Positions 52,328 through 64,000 of a stretch of 64,000 nt of DNA are shown piece by piece; position 1 is the stretch's first letter; each line of letters starts with the position of its first letter. The notes under the pieces are model-generated. The model saw nothing but the letters and a program-made list of their open reading frames with translations, had not been told where the DNA came from and searched no databases. A program made the position numbers and the translations under genes. The stretch spans positions 7,036,351 to 7,100,350 of the forward strand of contig NC_134035.1 in assembly GCF_964204645.1 (NCBI RefSeq), written 5' to 3'. The DNA is from Tubulanus polymorphus (lineage: Eukaryota; Animalia; Nemertea).

Positions 52328-55300
52328 ATAACATTTGCCGAAAAAACTGGGTGCAGTATGGTCGGTCGTGCTACTGGTTTCAACGATCAAATGAAGCGTG
52401 GTTCGATGCTAGAGCCACTTGTTGGTCAGAAGGTGCCACGATGTTAGTAATCGACGATAGACACGAATTCGCATTTATAGACAGACATCTTGAAATTGCA
52501 GGCGATCTTAACACCTACTGGCTGGGCGCATCGCGTTATCGACTGTGGCCGGATGACGCCAATCAGTTTTGTAAGTTTATTAATCAAGAAATTAGAAAAA
52601 AAGAAATGACCCTCTAATTTGTAGGCTATTTATGTAACCTGTATTACTTCATATCAAAGTTGCATTGTCTTCGTTTCGATTATTTCATTTTAAACTGATA
52701 TAACGTTAAATACCCACTTCAAGCGTAGTTCATTTTCTTTCTGTGAATGACACACTCCGTGGCTGACGACATATCCTAACCGTAGTACGCACTAAAGTTC
52801 GAGTAATCTGTGATATCATCTATCAGGGAGTACTCGCTGGATCTGACTCATTCTCATAATATTCACACTTCTACGGATCAGCATTTTATTGGAATAATCT
52901 TATCGTGCTTTTCAATTTTATAATAAAGTCTTTAAAGTTATTTTAACGTCAATCTTACGGAAAAAAATTAATTAATTCCATTGGTCACCTCGTAAATGTC
53001 ATATAGATTCCGGCGTGCGTATGTGTTACCGCTGCCGCATAATTATGCTATCTATGGCTAATAGTTCACCTAGGATCATGGAATTTTATGCAGAGTAGGG
53101 CGGGCAAATTTGGTTGAACTTATTAGGTCGCTGTAGTGTAGGGTCGGTTTTGGAAAAGGACCTTAGCGCGATAGAGCCTTCATTTCTCGAGAATATTTTT
53201 CAAGTTGGTTCACAGATAGGAACTAGTCCGAGGATATCCCTTTTTAAATACATCTTGGTGTAGTTAGAATTGTGGCCACCAGTGGCCGCATTGTAAAACG
53301 AGCCTTCATTTCTCAAATAATAGCTACACTACCTCCCCCCACGTGTTTTTATTTGCTGCACATAGCGTTACCCGATTGCTGTCGATGTAACGATTTAGTT
53401 AAGTTGTATATGTTTTGCGCTGAATCCTATGATATCCTGCAGGCATCCAGGAAAACGTGCTATACTGAAGGACCTTCCAAATTGCAGGGGATTTAGTCCT
53501 ACGACTTGTAGATTGCAGTGAACTATATTTTGGTAAATTTAGAAAGAGTCTTATTTATTTATTTATTTCAGAGATAAATTGCAACAAAGTGTACAATATA
53601 AAAGATAACACATTATGTTGTAGTATAAAACTGGGGTTTCAGAAAAAGCATAGCAAGACTTGTATAAACTGAAGCCCCAGAAAAGGAATGCTAAATATAT
53701 ACCAAAAGTATATATTTCCTTTCAACGAATCCGGTATTTGGAGTGATAATCAAAGAGTCCAGTTTTATTTATTAATCGGGTTGTAGGGTCCACGATGTTA
53801 CACATCGTATCTAATGATATTCTGTAACTCCGAGCGAGAAATTTTTTAGGCCGGATCAATGAATGACACAAGTAGCAGAAGCACGTTTACTAAGAGTCTA
53901 CGATTATACGATCGGTGCTGTCTAAAAGTTAAGGGGCAATTGTTTTCAATGAGTGAATCTTTTGTAATAGATGCTCAAATTTACCAGGCGGAGCTTCATC
54001 AATTAGCAGGGTTCGTAGTACGTATCATATTTGAATGTTTGTGTTTTATATTTGGATGTCAGTATCTCGGAGAATGAGGGATTCGGTTTGGAGGACCCTA
54101 CCACACGGTGGCCAATTCCATCTGGCTACATTGACTAGACTAGACTAAATGAATTCAAACATGACATTACGACATCCCATATACTATTTTATAAAAGAAA
54201 GAAATTGTAAGATGTTGAGTAGGCAATTTTATTATGCTCTCAAAGTTGGTCGGTAAAATGATATATTTTCTTTACTATTTAGTTTGGTTTTGGGACGACA
54301 GTCGCTCGGTGACTACTCTTGATTATTGGCTGTTTGAACCGACATCTATACGGCACAATTGTCTCGGCTTGCGGCGCACAGAATCGAGTGGTTTCTTTAC
54401 CAGGCGCTGGTTACAACAAGACTGTTACCTTAAACAAAAATATATCTGCGAATACAACACTCTATGTAAGAACATTTTCAAGAGTAGCGTGGCGGTGAAA
54501 CCTCGCTTGGCTAAGTTCACTAAAGCAATACCAAATGCTTTAAGGCAATCATATTTACAATCCTTCATGCATGCACTTGTATCTGGTCTAAATTAATTTC
54601 CTTTTTTAAATCTACTCTGGGAGACGTAAGACTGAGCTGTTGCACTGGACCCAGTTCCACAGTTCTGAGTTCCACAGAGAGTTAACTCAATGAAAAAGAA
54701 TCGATGTTAACAATAACTCACAACTGTGGAACTGAGCCCTTGTCAATACAGGCTCGTTCGGATCTTCGGATCACGAGTGCTATTTGCAAAATAGCGGTCG
54801 TCGCTCGAATGCTTGAGGTTTCTTAGGACGAGTGTTCTGTTCTAGGTATAACACATCCATGCACTTTTATTCATTGGTAGATGTTATGTTCAAGTTATCG
54901 GCATCGCATCCAATAGCTTCACTGTCGTGCGATGGAAACAAAGTATTGAGACTTAAAACCTGGAAAGTAGGACCTGATTGGGCCCGACAGCCGCACGTCA
55001 GCCGCGAATGGTGCCCATTTATCAGCGAAGGTCTGCTGGCTAATCATAACAAGCCATCAGCGGCTTACAGCAGAGCTGTGTCAGCCTGTAACGGTTATTC
55101 TCGATGCACGTTCGATTTCAGACCGATGAACTCATGGAGCTCTTGTGCAAGTGGCAATCCAATGATGTCATACGTTGTGTACACTTGCGAGAAACTAGTC
55201 GGTCAGTATAAAAAGAAAAATAACTGCTTCATGGGGTGGTCATTTTAGCTGGAATGGTTTATTACCACGTCAAATGTACCAACCGTTTCAATGTTTGATA

Positions 55301-58300
55301 TATACACTGGTTTACACCGTCTGGTGAAAGTATTTACAAAACTATCCAATAAAACAAACCTTAAACAATTCCAGAATGCCCCGACAAGGAGTCAGTGGGT
55401 GTTGGCGCCGAGGAATGGGTCAGTCACGACGGAATGTGTTATGGTTCGCATAGAGAGCCACACCACTATACGTCGTTTCAGTTAGCCGAGGACGAATGCA
55501 ATAAACATAGACTCGGGCACCTTTTGAGTCTATTTTCACCGGAGGAATCAACGTTCCTAAAAAGGCACCATCTGTAAGTACAAATAGGTGATTTCCTCCC
55601 TGATGTTTTGACAATTGAGTATGAAACGTTACATCTACAGGTCACACCACGTGGATCGGTTGGGAGCCAAGTACGATCGAATTTCCCGTTCGTGGGTGTA
55701 CACGAATGGCCTACCAGCTGATTGGCATCCTCTTCAGTCCTACCATTCTAAACCCGATGGATGTTTGTATATCAGAGATGACCAACGGATCTCCTGGTTC
55801 ATCAGTGACTGTAATCGTGCAGATGCATCATTTATATGCAAAGTTCCCAATCAAGGTTTGTATAATTTTTTCAAAAGATTAAACCGGTCACTGTTCTTTG
55901 ATTATACCCTCCTACCACAATTAAGAACTCTCACGGAAAACTGGTCCACTATTATGAATTACTCTCTCAGAATCAATTCGATCATTGCAAAGCGAACCTG
56001 CCACCAAGACTTATATAAAATCATTATACAATACCTGGTAAATTCTATTCTAATGTTTAAAAAGTGTTAACATTTTCTGTCTATTCGTCTGTTTATTACT
56101 TGTGTGCATGGTGTGTGAGTGCGATGAATGTGGTGTGGATGCTTCTGGGTGACACGGCCAAGATAGACTGTTTCAGTCTTTCTGTATAGCCCCATTATCC
56201 TTTCACATTTTTCTTCGTTAGCTTATATTCGTAATATCGTCCAATAATGTAACATTCTACAGAAAATAAATTTAATTCAACTCAACTATCACTACAAGCT
56301 GTGGCCCGTATTGTTCACCTTCCACCGAAAAATGTTAGATATTCCAATTGTATGGTGGAGACAATGTCTTGGTCAATTTTCCAGTTGGAAAGAGCGCGTT
56401 TTCGATGAGTGCATTCCGACATCAATATCTTCTGATTCAGATTGCGTCAAACCACTCGGTATCGAACACGGACACATAGCTAATGACATGATATCAGCGT
56501 CTTCGGTCAAGTCCGTGGGTATGACGAATCCCTATAACGCGAGATTGAACGGTCCAGGCGCTTGGTGCGCTTCTAGCACGGATACGAAGCCTTTCATCCA
56601 AATTGATCATAATCTCGTCGTTGAAATATACGGTAAGATCAGAAGTAATTTAGTTTAGAGTGAATTCCAATTGTAGTAGATAGATATATTTCTAGGCCCG
56701 GTTTTATAGACTGGCATTATCTTTTAACCCGGGGCTTAATTGAAATGAAAATGAATTGAATTAGCCCCCGGGTTCAAATTGATACCAGTCTATAAAACCG
56801 GGCCTTGGGTTTTTGTTGCCCTCATCTCTAAAATGTTTGTACCTGAATTATGTAGGTTTTTAAATATATTACATCTCTTTTCATTGTGAAAACTCATTAA
56901 TTACCCTTATGTTTTATTTTCAAAAGGCGTCCAGATGCAAGGCTTTAACAGAAGCTACGTCACTAGTTACGCGATTATCGTCAGTGAAGACAAAATTCAC
57001 TGGGAACATGTTTGGTTCAAATACGGTGAAAAGGTACAATTTACGCATATCAGCTACCAACAATAAAATCTGTCTTTAATTGTCGCAAAGATTGCGCTCT
57101 TTAGATTTTTATGACAACATTATTGTGAATTATCAGAAGAGATGGCCGATATATTGATTATAATGTACGTAAATGACGCACTAACATTTGTTCAAATCAA
57201 TAGTTAACCGCATTTCTTACTTTCATTACATTTTTTCTTTTTAGATATTTATCGGAAATCGAGATTGGAATTCGGTGGTCACCGCTTTTTTCAGAAATGT
57301 ATTAAGGGCCAGATATATTCGCATATATCCGATCACCTACATCGGAAGTGTTTGCCTCCGCCTGGAAATCTTAGGTTGCACGCGTGAGTAATTTGTAGAG
57401 GATGATTAACCGAATGTATAAATTGATACCACAATAGAAAGAAGACAACGAGAGTTATTCCCCAAGTTGCCTACCCTATTCCACGGACAGGAACGTCCAA
57501 GAACCATTGAGAATCGTTTGGATTTCGAGTTTCTAGTTTAGTATTAGGTCTTAATAGAATCAACAGTGTTCTTTAAAGAAATAAAATTAGGTTGAGTTGG
57601 AATTGGACACGTCTCTTTCTTGAAATAACAGTTGATATTTTGTAGTACACGGTGGATGGAGTAAATGGTCGGAATGGTCCCCGTGTTCTCGAAGCTGTGG
57701 TGCAGGAATTACAAGTCGGACGCGCACGTGCACTAATCCTCCTCCGCAATACGGAGGCCGGCAATGTCATGGAAACGGCGAGGACAGAGTTATATGTAAA
57801 ACCAACCCTTGTCCAAGTAAGTTTTCCAGACGAAAAAGAAATGAAAAAAAGGATAGTGTTGAAATTATGGAATACATTGTAGAGTAGTATGTTATCTCTA
57901 GTATCATAAACTAAGTAATTGACCACGTATTTGATTAGTATTGGTTTAGGTTGAACGATATTTCCTATTCGCGAGAGTCGTTATCGCGGTGTTCGAGAGA
58001 AATTCAATAGTCCTCATTGATGCTAGTGTTGGAAAATGATTAACTTATTTTCTATATTATAAGTGAATGGTGGTTGGTCGTGTTGGGGCGGTTGGAGTAG
58101 CTGCTCATCTTCACGATGTAAGAACGGTACTCGTTCGAGAAGCCGGATTTGTAACAACCCCCAACCAGCACACGGTGGTCGAGACTGTGCCGGTAATAAA
58201 ACAGATACGAAACGATGCATCCCGATGTCTTGTGTGGAAAGTTAGTATTAGTCCTCTTTCAATGATATTTAATTTATAGACGTATTTCGAGTTAATTCTT

Positions 58301-61300
58301 TTCTAACTCCGAATTTAACAGGTGAGGCAGAGGCTCATTATACGGGTGGATTCGTTGTTGAGAATCACAGCGGGGTTAACATTAGTGAGGCAAGGTTAAT
58401 CATCGACGGAATGAATTACACGAGATCAAATTGCCTGTCGTCGTGCTTCAATGCGGAACATTTCTATTGCACAGCGGTTCAGATTTCTGAAGCATCATGT
58501 TGGCTTTACGGCTTGCCGAAATCCACGTCACCAGCGTCACCGTTTCATCTACGCATTGATACAAGTATGTAGGCATATTCTTATGGTACAATGCCTAAGA
58601 TCGAGCATTAATAAGACAACGGTGAATTACTATGGGCTCAGGGGCAAAATTAAAAACGGTTTCGAATTAAGTTGTCTTTTAAGATTACATGAGAGCCACA
58701 AGAGAGTTCATATCGAATTTATTCTAATTTGTATGTAAGACTTGAGTGGCCACTGTACAAATCAATGAAGTCACAGGTATTAGATTTCTGAAGTCGATAC
58801 GTATCTCATTCATTTGAACATGAAAAACACCTGGGAGAGGGTTGAACTTTCCTATTTTGATAATGCTAGAAAGGGTGACTAAGGGCTATATCCGATTTCA
58901 TTAGATCTCAAGCCTTGCTTGCACACAGCAAGAGAAACTAAACAAGAAAATGATTTTATGTGAACTTATAGCACACAACGCACGAAATAAATACGAAATA
59001 GAAACATGTTTGGGGATTGTAACGCACGAAATAAATACGAAATAGAAACATGTTTGGGGATTGTTTCGTGTTTCTGTTTGCGTTCCTCCGACATAAAACT
59101 ACTGTTTATCTAACAAGACTGTTCTGCAAAACCGACATGTTGCTTTGCGAAGGAAACATTGTTTTGATAGTGGCGAGTGATGTATAAATAACCCACAAAC
59201 TATAAGCAATGAGGAATCATTTGATGAGTAGTCGATTGATTATTTCAAGCTAAAACTAACAGTGACTACGGGAAATTTCGATATAATGCAATAGTTGCAA
59301 TTTCCTCGTCGCTATGGAGCTGAAGTGTATGTTTGCTTTTGTATCTTCTTTTTTTTCTGCAAAAGCTTGCGAACTTTGAAACGCATGAACATAAAATCAG
59401 TTTCTTTTTCGATGTTGTTCGTGTATTCGATGATCAATTCGCTTATAGGATATGAAATAAAATCCATGGTTCACCTACCATAGACAATTTACGCTCGTTT
59501 CATACTTTGAAAGGTGTCTTCCTAACCTTACACGATTATCAGTACTTCACACAAAAAGAGAAATACAGCGTTTATGATACAACATTCTTGCAATGTCAAG
59601 CAGTTTGCCAAAGAAAGGATGGGAATTTTCGCTGCGACGGTTTCCAGATGAAAAATTCGACTTGTCGGCTGTATGAGATTCTGAAATATCAGCCGTTAAA
59701 CAGTGCGACACCTGAAACCTTATACCGGAGAAATTGTCACACTCGCTGTTCAGGTAAAATGCGATGTTATATGTTTGATTTCATTAAATCACTAGCTTTT
59801 CTTGTACAGCATATACACTGTACATATTTATATATATTCATTTCATATACAGAAGCCTGGGCTACAATCCACGATGTTGTGAGAAATGCAGACACAAATC
59901 TGTAAGTAGTGCCATAATAATAAAGAAAACCATAGTATAGATATATACACATAAGAAACATGGGTGTTCTCAGGATTTTTCTTCATTCCGTTAATAGAGC
60001 CATTTGAATTGAAACAATGACTGCTTAAATCCAGGGGATAGATCTTGGTATACGAAGTGTGCAGCAGACTGCACATTGAATGGAATCAAAATTTCTTACA
60101 GTTAACCGAAATGACTGGAGTCACTATTCCCAGTTGCACTAAAATTGATACATAAAAACCACAAGTCTATGGATTCGAAACTGAAAAATCAGTTGAGAAA
60201 ATAAAGTGACCAAGACCCTGTTTAACGTTGACAGTTTTCATTAATGACTTAGGGATTTGAGCAATCATCAACTGAACAGTATTGATCTTGTTGAGGGAAT
60301 ATTCAGCGGTCTGAAATTCATTACCTTTATGTAAGTATTTCCATTAATAAGCATTTGTACACTTGAAGCCAGACGACATCCCATTGCTCAAAATCCCAAT
60401 ACATACCATTTACTTTACTTAGGTCTCTGAAAGAAAATCGGTTGGATTACTTGCCAGATGGAATCTTTGAAGGATTGACAAATGTCAATGTTCTGTATGT
60501 ACCAACTTTGAAATATATAACATGCTAACATCCCAACATCCCTCGAACGCTATATTTGCCCGTGTCATTGATCTATTTGGGGGCCGGTTTTGGGTTTCTC
60601 CTTTCAGTTCATTTTTGCACCTCAAAACCATAGAAACAATACCCAGCGAACTCGCATACAGAGATATTCTCTAACTGTGTCATGGTAGCAATTATATACC
60701 TCGCATTTCCCCTTTTTTCAGTGACCTTTCAAACAATAAACTTTCAAACCTTCACAGAAACGACTTTGCGAAGAACAAATATTTGACTCATGTGTAAGAA
60801 CGTGAAAGAAATCTGGATTTTACCCCTCAAAAGCTTGAAACTGAGTCTAACACAACTATATGTTTATATTCTAGAAATTTACTGAACAATGGAGTTCTGG
60901 CGTTAGATCATCTGATATTGGTAAATGGTCCATCGATGTTACAAATAGACAGGTGATGAATTAGATTATGAGCATTTCAGTTTTCATAAATGCACAATTT
61001 AGCAACAAAACTTACGAACAGATTATTATAATTTATTATAATGTTTTTATGAAAAGTCAAAATTGGCTTAAAATAGTTCTTATATCTCGTCGATTTACTC
61101 TCGTATACATACATGCACCGATTTGCATACGGAGCAAACATATCAACGCATGAAATTGTGGCGCGTTATGACGATATAAACGGTGTTTTGTGAACGAAAT
61201 TAACCGTCAAACTAGATATCCTTGGGGTCAAAGATTTTGCTGACAATTTTTGGATACTTTAAATCTGAGATATCCTCCCCACTAAGCAGATTTCTCATTT

Positions 61301-62393
61301 CCTGAAAATATTTTTCCGCTTGACCAGATTGTAAAGTATAGCCACTTTGATTTGGCATATTTTCGCTTTAACTTTATTCTCTGTATGTTTTAGTAAACAC
61401 CAACTCTTATACAAATTTGATGGTGAAGAACATTTTCTTGATCGTTGTAATGACATGGATTGTTATTCTGGTTGCGGAGAGGCTAAATATATCGAGACTC
61501 ATCAGCAAGGTGCAGTTCTTACCGTAAAGAAGATTAAATTTGACTTGATCGATTTGAATAAATATCTGACGAATAGCGAAATAACCGATGTTCGTGTCTA
61601 CGCCCAAACAGTGGTAATGTACAATACCGTGGCGATTCAGTTTAATTTGAGCATCATAACACGGCAATTCTGGATGTCGAAAAACTCAGCATTTAGATTC
61701 AACCACCAAACAGTGGAAAACAAACATTTACGCGGCTGTCGGGTGAACTTTATCCGGGCCAGTTGTCAAACAAGACAATTTGTGGCCATGCATTACGTGG
61801 AGGGCTCATCTAGTATCAAAGTGTTCACCTCTGAGATATACTCTCCAGCGCGATGCGTAGACTATCAGATCCCCATACGATTTCCACCGCTGGATACCGA
61901 CCAGCTGAAGTTGGCCATATACTGTGCTAAACGTCTTGCCGGCGATACTCAGGTTAGACGATATTCAAGTCGGAAAAGTTCTTCGCTTCAGTGGTACATA
62001 TTGGATTATGTTGCATCGGTCACTAGCCATCAGGTAGGCGATAATGCTCGAAAACACAAAGCTGGTCGCATAATATTCTATTTTGACGTTCAGTTTCGAT
62101 GGATCGAAGCTTTCCATTCCCATATCTTATGTAGGATTATTGGTTAATTAAAAAAGTGGGCCCCCAGGAAAAGTTTCTTGTCAATGTTTCTCTTTTCAAT
62201 TAAGGTTTTTCAGTACATGAATAATGATGATAACCACCATCTGGTAGCCATTTCACAACAAGCGAAGAAACTACGCACCGATTGGGTGATTACCCGAGAC
62301 AGCCATGTCCACCTGGTTCCACATATGTCGTCCGCTGCACATCGACTACGTATCAAAGCCATGCTTGGTATTCTCAACACTTACGATCGAGAA
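52328..62393 (+). CDS. Large multidomain extracellular protein: CTL, SUEL/Gal-lectin-like, CTL, F5/8 type C, 2x TSP1, 2x PAN/apple-like, LRRs, unrecognised domain; 5' and 3' ends not resolved
   Basis: 19 phase-compatible GT-AG exons: 52328-52570, 54283-54465, 54881-55201, 55375-55573, 55641-55855, 56441-56632, 56927-57033, 57245-57383, 57646-57816, 58064-58240, 58322-58564, 59514-59753, 59853-59901, 60253-60330, 60423-60494, 60722-60793, 60875-60952, 61394-62033, 62214-62393. Motifs include CYWF..YWLG..YICE, CVKPLG..ARYIRIYP..CLRLEILGC, WSKWSEWSPCSRSCG and DLSNNKLSNL. Confidence 0.85.
54645..54740. mobile_element. Palindromic MITE family A copy (intronic)
   Basis: Same TIR as 46061-46171. 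Confidence 0.7.
56694..56805. mobile_element. Short palindromic MITE, family B (intronic)
   Basis: Perfect 21-bp TIR AGGCCCGGTTTTATAGACTGG; partial relatives at ~38740 and ~45360. Confidence 0.75.
58977..59064. repeat. Perfect 44-bp tandem duplication
   Basis: AACGCACGAAATAAATACGAAATAGAAACATGTTTGGGGATTGT occurs twice in tandem. Confidence 0.9.
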
Positions 62394-62519
62394 GTTAGTA
62401 GAGTACTAATCAATTACAAAGTTTTAGATCGACATTCTGGATTCGGTTCTGCCGTTTGAAATATTGGCCCAAATTATGTATGCTAAGCTTTGATTTATCT
62501 CGAGAAGAGTGACAAGCCC

Positions 62520-62639
62520 CAGGCTCCAGTTCCACAGTTCAAAATTACGATTTGGCTATGAGTTAACTCATTAATTCTGAATGAACAAACCTAAACTCAG
62601 AGTTAACTCTAATCCACAACATGGTGAAATTGGGCCATG
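62520..62639. mobile_element. Palindromic MITE family A copy (diverged)
   Basis: CCAGTTCCACAGTT left arm, GAGTTAACTC motifs and a decayed right arm. Confidence 0.6.
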
Positions 62640-63295
62640 AGTAGTAGGGCCGACTGGCGGGGGTTGGGGGGTTAAAAGCTGCTTAGTACAGAGAAACACC
62701 TTCCTAGAATACAGACGTGATTTATTGAAATTTTGGAAATAACGATACTTTTAATTGGGCTGGAATCCTTCATATCAAAAAACTAAACGCAGACGACAAA
62801 TTTAACTTTCAATCGTAGCTATTTTCAAAGTTAGACACCTATTTGCAAATTTGGCGAAAACTGCTTTTCGGGTTAGGGTAACATCTAGCTACACTTGTTT
62901 CTATTCTCTGTATCTTTGGGTACTCTATGGTCTTAATAGGGGCTTCTCAAATATGGCTGCTCCTTCTGCATTGATAGGAGAATGGGAGGTGTCAGGGCAA
63001 CCGTAAAACTGAAAGGCAATTTTCGTAGAAATTTCACATGAAAAACAGAGGGTTGCTTAGATGAGAGATGTCCATTTAATCCCGCGTGCCAAGCTCTACC
63101 ACAAATGCCTAACGATTGGTCTTCGAAGGCTGAATATTCGATTACAGGACGTAACCTCGTCCGAAAAAATAATGTAAAATCCGAAAAGATACATTTTTTG
63201 ATTCTGTTTTGATGATTTTTTTTCGTGAAAAATCATCTTCTTTGCGGCTGTTTTGAAGCGAAGGCGTCCCTCAAAAAGGTGTAAAATCAAATTTT

Positions 63296-64000
63296 TTGGC
63301 ACTTAAACAGGGGCGTCTCTAAAAAAAGTGTAAGCTGTTTTGGCACTTAAACGAGGGGCGTCCCTCAAAAAAGTGGGAAATCACGGTTTTGGCACTAAAA
63401 CGAGGACCGTCCCTCAAAAAGTGGGAAATTACGGCTTTGGCACTAAAACGAGGAGCGTCCCTCAAAAAGTGGGAAACTACAGCTTTGGCACTAAAACGAG
63501 GGGCGTCCCTCAAAAAAGTGGGAAATCGCGGTTTTAACACTAAAACGAGGAGCGTCCCTCAAAAAGTGGGAAATTACGGTTTTGGCACTAAAACGAGGGG
63601 CGTCCCTCAAAAAAGTGGGAAATCGCGGTTTTAACACTAAAACGAGGAGCGTTCCTCAAAAAGTGGGAAATTACGGTTTTGGCACTAAAACGAGGGGCGT
63701 CCCTCAAAAAAGTGGGAAATCACGGTTTTGGCACTAAAACGAGGGGCGTCCCTCAAAAAAGTGGGAAATCACGGTTTTAACACTAAAACGAGGAACGTCC
63801 CTCAAAAAGTGGGAAATTACGGCTTTGGCACTAAAACGAGGAGCGTCCCTCAAAAAGTGGGAAACTACAGCTTTGGCACTAAAACGAGGGGCGTCCCTCA
63901 AAAAAGTGGGAAATCACGGTTTTGGCACTAAAACGAGGAACGTCCCTCAAAAAGTGGGAAATCACGGTTTTGGCACTAAAACGAGGGGCGTCCCTCAAAA
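63296..64000. repeat. 48-49 bp tandem satellite/minisatellite, at least 14 copies, running off the window
   Basis: Consensus GGCACTAAAACGAGGGGCGTCCCTCAAAAAAGTGGGAAATCACGGTTTT; units are contiguous. Confidence 0.95.

Noticed and set aside
57573-57926. ORFs 57652..57882 (+) and 57573..57926 (-)
   Set aside because: Alternative or antisense frames over the TSP1 exon 57646-57816.
61347-61393. Signal-peptide-like start MIWHIFALTLFSVCFS of ORF 61347..62147
   Set aside because: It starts at TTG and overlaps a polypyrimidine tract with an AG acceptor at 61392-61393 whose phase matches the upstream LRR exon, so it is better explained as intron.
63296-64000. Repeat array as CRISPR, or the ORFs 63319-63931 as genes
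   Set aside because: It is a head-to-tail satellite, and the ORFs are translations of the repeat.

Overview
AT-rich eukaryotic DNA with many introns, most likely from a marine invertebrate; this is not prokaryotic sequence and no CRISPR array is present. The left ~25 kb is a nested mobile-element cluster. It opens with the 5' half of a Ty3/Gypsy LTR retrotransposon (1-3163, minus strand). Next comes a decayed Polinton/Maverick (adintovirus-like) endogenous dsDNA virus (~3.9-23.3 kb) carrying pPolB, HNH, packaging-ATPase, major capsid and membrane-protein remnants. That virus is interrupted by a non-autonomous Helentron with a 31-bp minisatellite and by a full-length Kolobok-type DNA transposon (TTAA TSD, 16-bp TIRs, THAP+DDE transposase and a convergent P2X7-ballast-like gene). 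Penelope-like pieces with hammerhead ribozymes also occur here. The right part holds host genes: a predicted 2-exon 113-aa single-pass glycoprotein, a 7-coding-exon microsomal epoxide hydrolase (EPHX1-like) and an MS4A/CD20-like tetraspan ORF. It also holds a gene of at least 19 exons and about 1200 aa (CTL-SUEL-CTL-F5/8C-TSP1x2-PANx2-LRR plus an unrecognised domain) that runs into a 48-49 bp satellite at the window end. All family assignments come from motif recognition by eye, not database searches.
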